The notes beneath the pieces are model-generated. The model ran no database searches. It worked only from the letters and a program-made list of their open reading frames with translations, and was not told the DNA's origin. Shown in pieces: positions 25,701 through 37,700 of a stretch of DNA of 64,000 nucleotides. The DNA is from Psammoneis japonica (lineage: Eukaryota), in assembly GCA_008632985.1 (NCBI GenBank), contig QPGO01000093.1, positions 124,001-188,000 on the forward strand. Direction: 5' to 3'. How positions within the stretch are numbered: position 1 is the first letter of the stretch; every line of letters starts with the position of its first letter. A program made the position numbers and the translations under genes.

Positions 25701-28700
25701 CTTTCACCATGGTTAAAACTAGGGTCAGATGGGTGTGTGCTTGGGTATGCGAGGAAATGGTGCCCATTGTCGAGAAACTTTTTTATTGGGTGGGGATGGT
25801 TCATGGAGGCAGCATGTTGATTCCCAGGGTGCGCGTCGGGGAGAGTCCTACAAATACTCGAAGAGCACGCACAAATGAGACGGATGCAACAAAAACGAAA
25901 ATTCAAGACAGCTACAACATTCTCACCAATACGTTGAATCCCAGACACCCATGTGATCGGGATGAACGTGCTTCCAACAAATGCCTCCAACTTCGATCTC
26001 GATTTCCATGTTGTTCTTATCCGCGTGATCGCATGTCATTCCTCCCTTGAACACGACGTCCTGTAGTAATGGATTTGTGTCCTTCGAGCTTGAAAGCACA
26101 ACAGTGAGGGTATCTATTGTCTTTGGATGTAGTCTGGATGGCGAGCTGCAACCACTTCCTGGCTGTTTCTCCCAACGACTACGAACTCCTTTTGTACAGG
26201 GATGCTTAACTTCGTCCCCCAATTGCAATCCTTTCATTCCATAGACATACCGCCCGGTCAGTTCATGTAACTTAAGAATAGTAGTGCTGTTTAGCTTGAT
26301 GCTAATATCTGGAGTCGTTTCGGGCCCGCAGACAGCGTCTTGCAACGAAAGAATGCACATTTCCCGATTCACAAAGGTTCTAGGGGCGTTCGCGCAGAGT
26401 GTCTCGCCGCCAGTCGCAGCACTAACCGCCCCTCCGCCATCTCGAACGGGAGCTTCTAAAGTATTTCTCGCAAGGGAGAGCCGTGGGTCCCATTGAACCC
26501 AGCCAATATTTGGGTCTGGGTGCGCGGCAAACACCGGTGCATCAAAATCTTCCGATTGTTTAAGAATGAGCAACAGGTGTGATTCCACCAACTGTTACAG
26601 ACTCGATTGACACCTTACTCAGCGTGCAAAGGACAGGCGAGATCCTAAACGGCAGTGCTTGCTTCACTAAGATCGATTTACCTGGCTCCGGGCAAACATT
26701 AGATTCGGCACCTGGCGGAGGTACGGGCATTGACAATGACTGCGGAGGTGGTGTATGAGTAGGTTCCATTCCAGAATGGCTTGGAGAGGCGCTTGGTGCA
26801 GGGAGCTCTGGGGACGGCGTGCCAGGTGGAAGCGTAGACCCAACAACTCTTATGCCAAGGCTAGAGAGAATGAGATCATAGTTGCTGTTGAAGTCTCGAA
26901 CCATAATATACATCTTGGCAGGTTCCGAGATATCTTCAGGGACCGTTGTGAATCCAACAAAGCGATTGCGACTCCTCGATTCCCACGGCGACACGTAAGC
27001 TCCATTGAAAATGCGTTCTCGCCAAACCACTTTCTTAGGGTTGGAGGCATCGAACGCGACAATTCTTATTGAAGGACATGCCTCGCTTGGAGATGCTGTG
27101 GACGAAATGTCGCAACTTGCGGACTTGAAGCTGCCTCCTTCTTTCAGCTGAAAGTCAGCGGTTATCTGCAAACGCGTCCCAGCAGAGATGCAGCGTAAAT
27201 CGATGAAGTCATTCGCTTGGTACTGCAGACCGTCGTTTGTTGCTTTTCGTCCCGATATGCGGAGCCGAATGCCGCCGTCGCCTCGTACTTTTTCTCGATA
27301 GCTCCAGAGCCATATACACGCCAGTACCCAAGATGAAGTAAGTCCAGACTCGAATTCAATGCCATGTCACCGCTACAATCTTTTGACTTCTCCCTTATTT
27401 GAACATTGTCAATAATTATAGTTTCGTTGTCGCGACTGCTCTTGAATGAGATTCTGATAGCAGCGTCGGGGTCAGCGTCTACTTCCCTGCTCCTGAAGAG
27501 TCCATACATGGCACTCCATCCAGAGTCTCCTTGTAACCCGGAGCCTCTAGCAATAGTCATAACATGTTGTTTCGTTCCAAGCTTTGTTCGCATTTGCAAT
27601 ATGGGGCTGAACCGAGTCAAATTATAGCCGAAGCATTGGTTAGAAAGATACAAAAAGATCGTCGAATAATGTCATCTTGAACATACCATTCGTCCCCGTA
27701 ACACGTGGTCCTTTTGTCATTCCTATCTCTCAGTTTGTACTGTAACCTAACCTGAGAAACGGGAAATGCGAATGACATTAAGTCTCGACCGAGCAACTCT
27801 TTTTGTCGTTCCAACGACTTGTAACTTACCTCATACGTCGATCCTTGTTGAATGCACCCAGAACGGATTATCTGAAACGGAGATCCCCGCACATACAACG
27901 CATAGTCGCCTTTCCCATCGGTCCCCATGACCAAAAAAACCTTACCACGATCCTTCTCAAACCATGGCGCGGTATCGCGAGATTTGAAACTGCCATTATA
28001 AACCAGATCAAGGCATTGAGNGGTAAAGGCACCGGGTTTGAGCAGGAGTGCAGCTGGCAGTCCTGTAGCCTCCCGAGTTGGCAACCACAAAATAAGGGTA
28101 GAGGCAGGTGACAGGGATGGAGTGGGAAAAGTGCAGCCGGAAAACAACTTACGAGAACAGATGTCGCAAAATGACAAGGAAAGAAATGGTTCGGTCCAGT
28201 GGCTCCTAGCAATGGTGCATCCCATCGAAGTGCATCTTTGNTTTTCTCGATAGCTCCAGAGCCATATACACGCCAGTACCCAAGATGAAGTAAGTCCAGA
28301 CTCGAATTCAATGCCATGTCACCGCTACAATCTTTTGACTTCTCCCTTATTTGAACATTGTCAATAATTATAGTTTCGTTGTCGCGACTGCTCTTGAATG
28401 AGATTCTGATGGCAGCGTCGGGATCAGCGTCTACTTCCCTGCTCCTGAAGAGTCCATACATGGCACTCCATCCAGAGTCTCCTTGTACCTAACCCGGAGC
28501 CTCTAGCAATAGTCATAACATTTTGTTTCGTTCCAAGCTTTGTTCGCATTTGCAATGTGGGGCTGAAACGAGTTAAATAAATTACAGCCGAAGCATTGGT
28601 TAGAAGCAAACAGAAAGATCGTCGAATTGTCACCTTGAACATACCATTCGTCTCCGTAACACGTGGTCCTCTAGTCATTGCCATCTCTCCATTTGTATTG

Positions 28701-28830
28701 TAACCTCACCTGAGAAACGGGAAATGCGAATGACATTAAGTCTTGACCGAGCAACTTTTTTGTCAATCCAACAACTTGTAACTTACCGTACCTCATACGT
28801 CAATGCTTGTTGAATGCACCCAGAACGGAT
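22775..28830 (-). pseudogene. Large intron-containing DUF1800/DUF1501-type gene, disrupted
   Basis: C-terminal SDFARTLSPNSGGGTDHAWGGNYF.GG.V.GG...G.YP...GRFIPTTS and upstream GGCDSFNMFVP (DUF1501-like). HYPNTAPFVC.RL.QRFGISNPS.RY and EPLLKV (DUF1800-like). Intron at 23225-23309. Several apparent frameshifts or stops (~23900-24000, ~24890). The 5' end is unresolved, with N gaps and duplications. Disruptions could be assembly errors. Confidence 0.75.
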
Positions 28831-29205
28831 TATCTTTTGTCCTACAAGCAGGCTGGGATCAGATTGTGATGAAGGGTGAGAAGGTCCGTTGGCTCCTCTC
28901 TGCGTGTCAAGGTGACGCTGCGATCTTCCGGTGGGAAAAGCAGCCGTACCCCACCCCATGAAAATGACTTGGAGGTGCTCTCTGGTAAAGGCACCGGGTT
29001 TGAGCAGGAGTGCAGCTGGCAGTCCTGTAGCCTCCCGAGTTGGCCACACCACAAAATAAGGGGTAGAGGCAGGTGACAGGGATGGAGTGGGAAAAGTGCA
29101 GCCGGAAAACAACTTACGAGAACAGATGTCGCAAAATGACAAGGAAAGAAATGGTTCGGTCCAGTGGCTCCTAGCAATGGTGCATCCCATCGAAGTGCAT
29201 CTTTG
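27285..29205. repeat. Near-identical local duplications bracketed by N bases
   Basis: ~27289-27872 matches 28242-28834, and 28022-28240 matches ~28984-29204. Single Ns sit exactly at the junctions (28021, 28241). Confidence 0.85.
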
Positions 29206-29910
29206 TCGCGATTCTCCTTTTCTTTCTTGTACATCTTACTATGCATCGTTCACGTTCATAGTCCCAGCACGAAGTGCTTCCAAAACATTGCTTGGTTCTG
29301 CCGATGGTGCATTTGATGGCACGTCACTATAACCTGCACTTGGCATTGCAGAGGGAATAAATTCCAAGGGCTCCATCGAAGACAGTTTCTTTTCGTTAGA
29401 TGGCTTCGCTTCAACGGACAGCTGGACAGCTTCCGCCTTTTATCCCAACTCCGGTCATTGTCTCGTTGACGGTGAATCCTCCCGTGGTGAATCCTCATCC
29501 GATGACGACGGTGCCGTGAATATCGCCATACTTAATTCAAACGGCCTGCGAGACAACCTCAAGCTTCACTTGAGGGAAAGACGAAAACAAAGCATGTTTG
29601 TCAGAGAGAGATGGGGATGGGGAGACTTTGACAAAGAGGAGTGCATTCAAATGCAACAGCGATACAAAGAAATTCTTACCTCTCGCCAGGCGGCAACGGT
29701 TTTTCGTGTCGATTTGAAACTCGACACTACCGGTAAATCCGAGCTTTGATTTGTCGTCTGACACCCAACAGGCGTTTCTCAACGTTGCTACAAGCAGAAG
29801 TGACACACGAGACGTACGACAAGGACATCAAATGTAACAACAAACAGAAATGAATGGCACAAGACCAACACTCACAGCTTGCAAGCCTACAACGACAAAA
29901 CAGCGACAGC
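29205..29910 (-). pseudogene. 5' fragment paralogous to the gene starting at 47983
   Basis: Minus-strand ATG at ~29529 gives MAIFTAPSSSDEDSP versus MTRFTAPSSSDEDSP at 47983, and KRRKLS is shared. Upstream non-coding DNA also aligns (TTGCAAGC.GTGAGTGTTG, TTGTAGCAACGTTG). Confidence 0.7.
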
Positions 29911-32900
29911 AACTGACGGCTTGTGAGCGGATGGATTTTGGCGAGCCCAACGAATTTCTCATGACTACTGCCGGTACAGCTAGAGTAGAGAGTAGCTAAG
30001 TAGAAATCAACGTAGGTTTTTCGTAGCCACAATTTCAAATTTCGAGCGAACTGTGCGCGCGGTGGCCGACCGCATGTCCCCGCCGCCCCGCCGCACACTA
30101 GCACAGACAGCGAGCAGAAAACTACCGTAGGCCCTAGTAGTCTAGATTGAAGATAGATGATGATGTTGTTGTGTTTGTCGCTGTTGTCATCCTCATCAAC
30201 CACGCATCGTCGATCACAGCACCAATTATTCTCGTTGCTTCGAAAGTCGGAAATTCTTCAATGTATGTATTAGTATGGTCGAATCGACTTGACCTACCGC
30301 CAGTTTTGAAAGCATACAAAGAGATCTTGAGCCAAGGGAACATTCACCATACAATACAGCGGTACCAGTACAAGGGCTTATTGAGCATCCCAAACAGCGA
30401 AACGCTTTCGGTCACAGTTCAGTGTGGAGTGTGGGGCAAGTTTCGTAGACAAGATGATACCTCTCGAGTTTGATTATTTGATGGACTGCGTACCCGCCAG
30501 CGGAGAAGAGACCCGCAACTGGCCTGCGCGTCATTACAGTATCGCTCCTGACTAACTCCGGAGCAGGTTGAAGGTCGAGCATCCAGTTATCTACACTCAC
30601 TATTCGTCGTATTTTTACGTTTTTGTGTTTGTAATGATTCCCCGTGGAAGGCAAAAACGTCACTATTTGACATCGTCACGTAAATTTTCCGATTTCAAGC
30701 GTCCTCATGATGAGCCTGCGGCAACGGAAATATAGGTCTGTGAGTGCTGTACTGTAAATGCAACGCATGGACACCGGAGAAAGGTAGGGCCTACTGTATT
30801 TTGTTACGCTCTGACTTTTGCAAGGTGCACAATAGCAGACTTTGCGCCACGTATTTGTGCAAGTCTCTTGAATACGATCCGTTTGCAGAACACCCGAGAA
30901 TTCTGCCTTTGCAACAGCAACAACACGTTTCTATCCGATTCATGCATACATATTTCTTTTCTGAAACAATTATCCATAATGACATTACCATTCTTGTGCT
31001 GCTAAAACATACATGTTATCAAGCGGAAAACAAAAGAGTCACAAAGCTGGATCCAAAGTAAGTTTGTTCCTTCTTCCTAGCCGTGCGTTGTTATTTGTGC
31101 GATAGTTGTATGATACCGTTCTTTTCTCAAAGACACCTAATTTTTTGTTTGCACTGGGCCGACTGGGAACCAATCGAGCTGGAAAAGCTCAAGCTAAAAC
31201 GCAGAAGAGGGTGCGGCCGTGATTGGCGGTGCCATTGTGTCGTCTATCGTCTGTTCCGGGTACTACTCGAGATTGATGAGAACGCATTGGATGGATTGGC
31301 GGTACAGCATTTTCTCTTGTCGAATCAGCAGGGATTGATGGGGAGTGGTTTGCTGCATTATTTGGAAAACAAGCATCAGTCAAGAAGCAAATGATGACAC
31401 AAACCATGGAGGCTCCCGAACAAGCAGACTTGGTTTTTATTGTTGGATGCAAAGGTCCCATTGCAAATCCGTGGCACCGCCTGGTCATTATGTTACCTGT
31501 GTATGATGATACAAAAAAGTTGTACCACAGCTTCTTCTCAATTATTGCGGAGAGGGAGAAGTACAGAATGAATACTCGCACACTTGCTCCCTCCCTCCTT
31601 GTCCAGACACTGTTTCTCCCCAACAAGAACAGGGAGGAAGATTGATGCGACTGCAGAATGCAGAATGATTACATTATAGAGGGACTGGAGGGAGCCCCTC
31701 GTTGAATGCTCAGCTCTTTCCTGAATCCAATTTTCAAACTTTTCCGCGATATGTACCTGCTTTCATCACTTTCATGCTTCGCCGTTGTCGACACTGAACC
31801 TTGACTCATGCTGTATCAGCTAAAGAGATGCATACTTACAACGTTTTGCTCCTCTCGCTATTGTCTTCTGTGGCGGATGGATGTCTTGGGTGACGAGACG
31901 GATTTTTCACACGAGGGTGGCTGCCACTCCCGCAACTCATTTCGACCTAGTCCAGCAAGCAGCGGGTCCCCGTCGGATGCTGAGGGGGGGAAGCAGCGAG
32001 TGACAATCTACTAGATTGAAAGTAAATAGCACCTATGGAAGTTGCACGCTCCGAGCTTGGATTCACTTGCTATCTCTCATTTGCTCTCGTTGTTGGCGCT
32101 TATTTTAGTCGCATGAAAGCTCACGCATGCTGCATCATTAGCAGCAGTCATTGCTCATTGTCTCACTTTGTAAAGCTAGCCGTCAGTCGTTCTATCTCGC
32201 ATGAAGGAGGTGCGGCTTCATCCTCTTATTTCTCCCCGTGCAATGAGAATTTCTCACTGCTCAGCAGCTCAAGATCATCACACAACTTCGACCCCATCAC
32301 CCCAAAAACAAAAAAATCCGCTCTGTTTCCAACGAATTGCGCCATGATTCTTCTTTTGCTCAGCTCCCCAAAACAAAGAATCAACTCGTCTTCAATGAAT
32401 GACCACACACCTTTTGCATCTTCAGGGCAACATGTGAACAGCCACATTGAGTCACTCTTGCCTTCGACTCGGTGGTCTGGATGTTCAGACAAACCACAAT
32501 CAAACAAATGTGGATTGGCCCCATTTGCTGGAAAGAGGAAGCAGTTGACTGGCCCAACTCACTTGTTCTTGCATCCACTCTACACTCAACACATCAAACT
32601 GCAACTGCCACAGTTTTCTGACTCATTGGAGAAATTGAGGAAATGTGCCATCATTGGAGGAGGGGCTCAAGGAAGGAATCTGAGGAGAAGCAGCGCGCAG
32701 GCAAGCTCCTCTTGTTGGTGGCATGTTGCAGCAACATTTTGACTCTCAAGATGTTGACACCAACCAACCACTCTCTGTTCATTCTCTCCACAATGAGAAA
32801 GTCATGGATCTTGCGTTCAACTCATGTCCAGCAAGTGGAGCGGGCGCGCTGTTGTGTGAGTGGCCACGTCAGGCAACAGGGCCATCACAGAGCTCATGGG

Positions 32901-33026
32901 CAGCCACTGGATTGCCAAAATGGGTGCACAAGTCCCACGACAGAGAGCTGCAAATGTCAGAATCTACACCTCTTGGTGGGTGGAAAGACAGCTGTGGCAA
33001 ATGATCAAAGTGCCTGCTGCAATTAA

Positions 33027-33524
33027 CCCTTCAACCACCAGGGGAGCAAATCTCCACGGGTGGAGATTTGCTCTACTTAAGGATGTGTGACGTGTCATGC
33101 AATTTTATAATAATATAATGAACATAGTATGAAAATGTCATGTCGTGTAGAATCTACGTAAACTATACCACGTGCATTTACTTATTGGGAGCAAATCTCC
33201 ACCGGCGGAGATTTGCTCCAAGGGTGTGGTATTATTGGTCTATTTGCGATAGTCATTGATGATAACCTGCATTGTTAAAGGTTGAGATTTAGTTCCTCTC
33301 TATTCATAGATGTAGCTTGCAAAAAACCAGGTGTTGAAAGTCGACATTGAACTTTCTAAATTACAAAAAGGGTTCCCCGAGATTTTCGGCGAATGCGCGT
33401 TCCAAAACAAAATCGCGTGAATTAAATATCATCCATATCTGTAATAACTTCGTTTACTATATTTGTGACGTAAGGGAGCAAATCTCCACCCGTGGAGATT
33501 TGCTCAAGTCCGGTGGTTGAAGGG
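33027..33524. mobile_element. Non-autonomous piggyBac-type MITE (498 bp)
   Basis: TTAA|CCCTTCAACCACC ... GGTGGTTGAAGGG|TTAA: 13-bp TIRs with a TTAA TSD. Three copies of the palindrome GAGCAAATCTCC.C.GG.GGAGATTTGCTC (~33044, ~33190, ~33476). AT-rich, non-coding. Confidence 0.92.
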
Positions 33525-34039
33525 TTAAAAAAGATGTGATGTGCCATCATCTTTCCAGAGTGGCGAGAAATGTCCAATGTGCCACGAGAAGAACAAGAAA
33601 TGGAAAAAGAGACAAAAACACCTTGAGACACACCTCATCTTGTGCTGGCATCCCAGAGCAACAAAAGGCTGCAGCGCTGCTTTGGCACATGCTGTCTCTC
33701 TGCCCAACACTGCCCTCTGGCGACCATTGGGGCTTGTGGTTTGATTTTTGCATGAGCTGTGGAAGCTGCTGTGCAAATGATCAAAGGCAGTCATTGGGCA
33801 AAATGTGGAGAGATGCGCCAATGACAAGAGCAACCCCCAATGCCGCGCTGACAACAAATGATCCTTTGTCTGTTTTGTGGCAACTGGAATCTTGAACTCT
33901 CTCAACAAATCCAATGATGGGCCCAAGGCATCTTCAAGCACCTGCAAAAAAGCACCAGGCTTGGATCAAAGCAAGCACTGCACACTGCAAAATAAAAAAA
34001 GAACATCTGAGCAGACTTGATCAAGGAGAAAGAAGTGCT

Positions 34040-34290
34040 GTGTGGTCATCATGTTGGAATGTTGGGGTCAGAGGCAGTTTTCACAGAACAGACAGACAAA
34101 GTTGCAGCAAAAGACACACTGACAATTGTGGATGACTGGCAAATTTACATCACAGCTTGGTTTGGGTTGTGGGTCTTGTGCTCACTTTTTAGCTTCTGCA
34201 CCCAGCCAACATGGTGACAGCAGTCAACAGCAATGGCAGTGTGTTTGCAAGCAATGTGGCTGGTGAGTTCAGGGTCAGTGAGGCCAAACT
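34040..34290 (+). repeat. Dispersed ~250-bp repeat (copy 1 of 3), possibly the LTR/UTR of another retroelement
   Basis: Aligns with ~41800-42050 and ~42950-43190 (CAGACAAAGTTGCAG...TTTTTAGCTTCTGCACC...GTGTTTGCAAGC). Confidence 0.75.
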
Positions 34291-34794
34291 CACACTGACC
34301 GGAAGGCTGTAAAACTCCAACACAGAAACTGAAAGTCACTGCATGACACTCTAAAAGGTGTTGTTGTTTGAGGGCCAGGAAGTCAAGAGGAGCCTCCAAC
34401 AAAAGGCTGGGAAGTTGACAAAAATCCAAGGGCAAAGGCTGGGAAGTTGATGGGAGTCCAAAGGCACCTTTTGTGTCAGCAGATCACAGCAAATGAGATG
34501 GCTGGATGAGGGCAAACAAACAATCTCTGGAAGCAGGCCTTGCTGTTGAAGAAGCTGTTGAGGGTCTGCCAAAAGAGGGCATGGCAAGGTTGTGTCAGGG
34601 ACCAGCAAGGCAGAGTGCACGGCTGTTGGCAAGCCATGATCATGCTCCAGCATGAGCCCACAAAAGATTCACAAGAGTGGGTGCATGGTGCCATTGCCCA
34701 GTTGGGACAACAGGCAGATGGTCACACAGGAAACAACAAGAAAGATCAGCAAGCATGTCCGTTGGAAGAATGTGCAGGCCGGAGATTCAGGTGC

Positions 34795-37700
34795 TGACAG
34801 ACATCCAAGATGAGGAGTGCACTCTCTTGTGTCAGACAGACTGGCACAGACAGTGTGGAGAGATTCAATGATCTCTCCTTTGCTCACTTTCTTTCTTCTC
34901 TGGTGCATGACCACCACCTGTCCTGGACATCATCAGATCATCCCAACACACCAGCAGTCTGCAAGGTCATGTGCAGCAGCACACTGTTTGTCTTCCTCAA
35001 TGCAGCCACATTTCAACATCCGTTGTGTGATCATTTGGCGATGTCTGTTGAAATTGTCATCTTTGTCACAGCTGTTTTTCTCTCTTGATTTGTGAGATCA
35101 TCACAACCACAGCAGAACACATGCCAGCACTCTGTGCAGGAAAATTTGATTTTTTCCATGCAACCACAGTCAATGAGAGCACAAACACTGTCAACTTGAC
35201 CACAAGATCAAGTCGACACTGGTTGAGTTCAAACTGTGTGATTGCTTGCCTGATGCCCATTGTCACCTGAGTGAGCTTCATTCAGACAAGATGCCTGTTG
35301 ATGTTCCTGAAGATCTTCTGGATGGATTTGCTTCCCTGGGCCTCGAGACCAATGCTGCAGCAGCTCTCCATCACAAGATCATTTGGGATCTCATCATTCC
35401 CAAAGCTGCACTGACCAAAGATCTCAGCCGGATTGGGCCAATCATGGACAAGGCGGCTCTCTTTGTGGCTGCCCCTCAAGATTCTCTGGTTTGTCCAAAC
35501 CAAGCCAATCATCAGAAGGCTGTGATCAAGGCAATCTCAGATGATCAGGATGCCACAAGAACACATGTTGGTGGGTCCACCTGTCTCCATTTCTGTCATG
35601 GTGCCCGTTTTGAGTGTTGTGATTGTTGGGATGGTGCATCTGATGCGCCACACCCAAAATCCTCCTCTGCCCCAAGTTTTTCATCTCTGCCAGCTGCTGC
35701 TGCTGCACAGGTGCTGCCTCTGAAGCCCTTGTCAAGGCTGCTCATTTGCCTGGTGCAAAAGAGCACAAACAAGGCACAACCAATGCATCAAAGAGTGCTC
35801 CACCTCCTCCTGAGCCTTCTGCCATGACTGCCATGACTCTGACTCTGGCCAGTGCCCCACGCACTTTCAACCCCAAAGGGCTCCCTGGCGAGGATGTGCC
35901 AGGAGCTTGTCACCAACACAAAGAAGCTGGAAAGGTGATTTTGGGGAGCAACTGGCTCCCTGCAAGTCTGGAAACCTCAGTTGTGAAGACAGAGCTGAAA
36001 ACGTGGTTCTCTTTTTGTCCATCATGCTGGTTGGGATGCCAAGTCATTCCTGCAAGACCCTCTTGCTTGCAAGGAATCTGTGCATGGCATGCACTGCTGT
36101 GACCAAACAAGCCACGGCTTGTGGTGTGAACATGCGTGCATCCTCTGTGGTGTTTTGTCAAGGATGGCAGCAATTGGAGCTTCATGAGTGGCAATGATCC
36201 CACTGATGACTTGCCACTTTAAATGCAAGCACCTCTTGATTGAATGAAACTGACTGTTTTCCAGCACATCCAGAAGGTTGGGATCTTTCCCACTGACTCC
36301 AAGCACCCTGATGATGTTCATCAATGCTGTGGTGATGGGCGTGCAGCTTTCAAGATAATCTTGTTTGACATTCTCCCAATTTGGCTAAAGCACCCCCACA
36401 ACCTGATCAAGAGTCATCCATGCCAGAACAATCTCATGACTCTCAGCTGCTGTGCTCTTTTCAGAGACTTCCTCCAGTTGCAAGTGATTGTCTTGAATGT
36501 TGGTGCATCTCTTGATGACCCTGGTGAGCTGGACATTTTCCTTGGCAATGCCTGACATGGAGAACATCTGCACTGCAAAACTGCAGATGCATGAGAAGCC
36601 AAGAACGAGAAGCATCAGTTTGCTCAGAAGAAGATTGTTGAGACTGTCAGCACACTCCTGAAGGAACTGGGTGGCCCTGCTCTCCATGCCCAAGCATCCA
36701 CTGCACCACCTCTCAACAACAGTCAGACTCAATCCTCCTTTGGCAGCTTCCATCTGAGGTCTAGACCTGCTCACTGTTGATGAACCATCTGATCCACCAG
36801 CAGTTGCTGAGGAACCTCCTGTGGAAACGTGTCCTCCTCCTGCAGAAGTGCCTTCTGACACTGTGGAATTCTTTGTGAACGAACTTGCCACTTTGGAAAT
36901 CTTCAAAGATGATGAGGCACAAGCGCTGCATGGTGTTTGCAAAGCTTGTGTCTGTGGGCTCAAGGCTGCTGCATCTGCTGCACAGACTTGCCCTTGTCTT
37001 GCATGCAGAGGTGGCCATTGCTTTGCCAAATGTTGGCATTGAACAATGCCGACTGCTTGCATTCTCACCTCATCTGTTTCAGTCAATTCCTTCAATGTGA
37101 CCAGCATGCTCAAGATGCACTTGGAGCTGACAAGACCAAGAAGGATGGCTCTGCTCCCTCGGATTTTCTGCAGGGCCATTGTTGCTGCTTTCAGATGTGC
37201 AATGCTGCCCACCTGCCTCTGATCTGACACCAACTCCTGCAAGCAGGGTAACTGCAAAAGAGGGTCCAATTGACCAATTGCCTTCTGCTCATCTGCCTTG
37301 TTCTTTTACATGTCATTTGCTGACCTTCTTTCAGACTTGACAAAAGCCAGCACTCCAGATGCAAAGATGATTCCTGATGATGACCCTGACAGTGTGAATC
37401 AGGGGAGGGAAACCATTCTCCAAGAACCTCCTCCACCGGACATGGATCTTCCCCTGTCTGCTGGTGATCAAGACTGAGATTTTGAGCACCTTTGTGCAAC
37501 TGCTTGGCAACATCTGTCACCTTTGAGTGTTGCTTGCGTGTCTCTGACCCCTTTTCCCCCAGATTCACCTGCTCTGTTTGCACCTTTGGATGCTTCAATT
37601 GTTTCCATCAACCACATGCTCCAAGATTCAATGATGCATCATGTGCAGATTGATGTGGGTGCTTGGGTCTCATGCACTGAAGGATCTGATGTGATTCCTC

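Noticed and set aside
27285..29205. Biological tandem duplication in the DUF1501 gene
   Set aside because: Junctions coincide with N bases, so it is more likely haplotype or scaffolding redundancy.
30134..32200. Short ORFs in normal-composition DNA
   Set aside because: No recognisable motifs or consistent exon structure.
33044..33505. CRISPR-like array of palindromic repeats
   Set aside because: Only three irregularly spaced palindromes, inside a TTAA-flanked MITE in a eukaryotic context with no cas genes.
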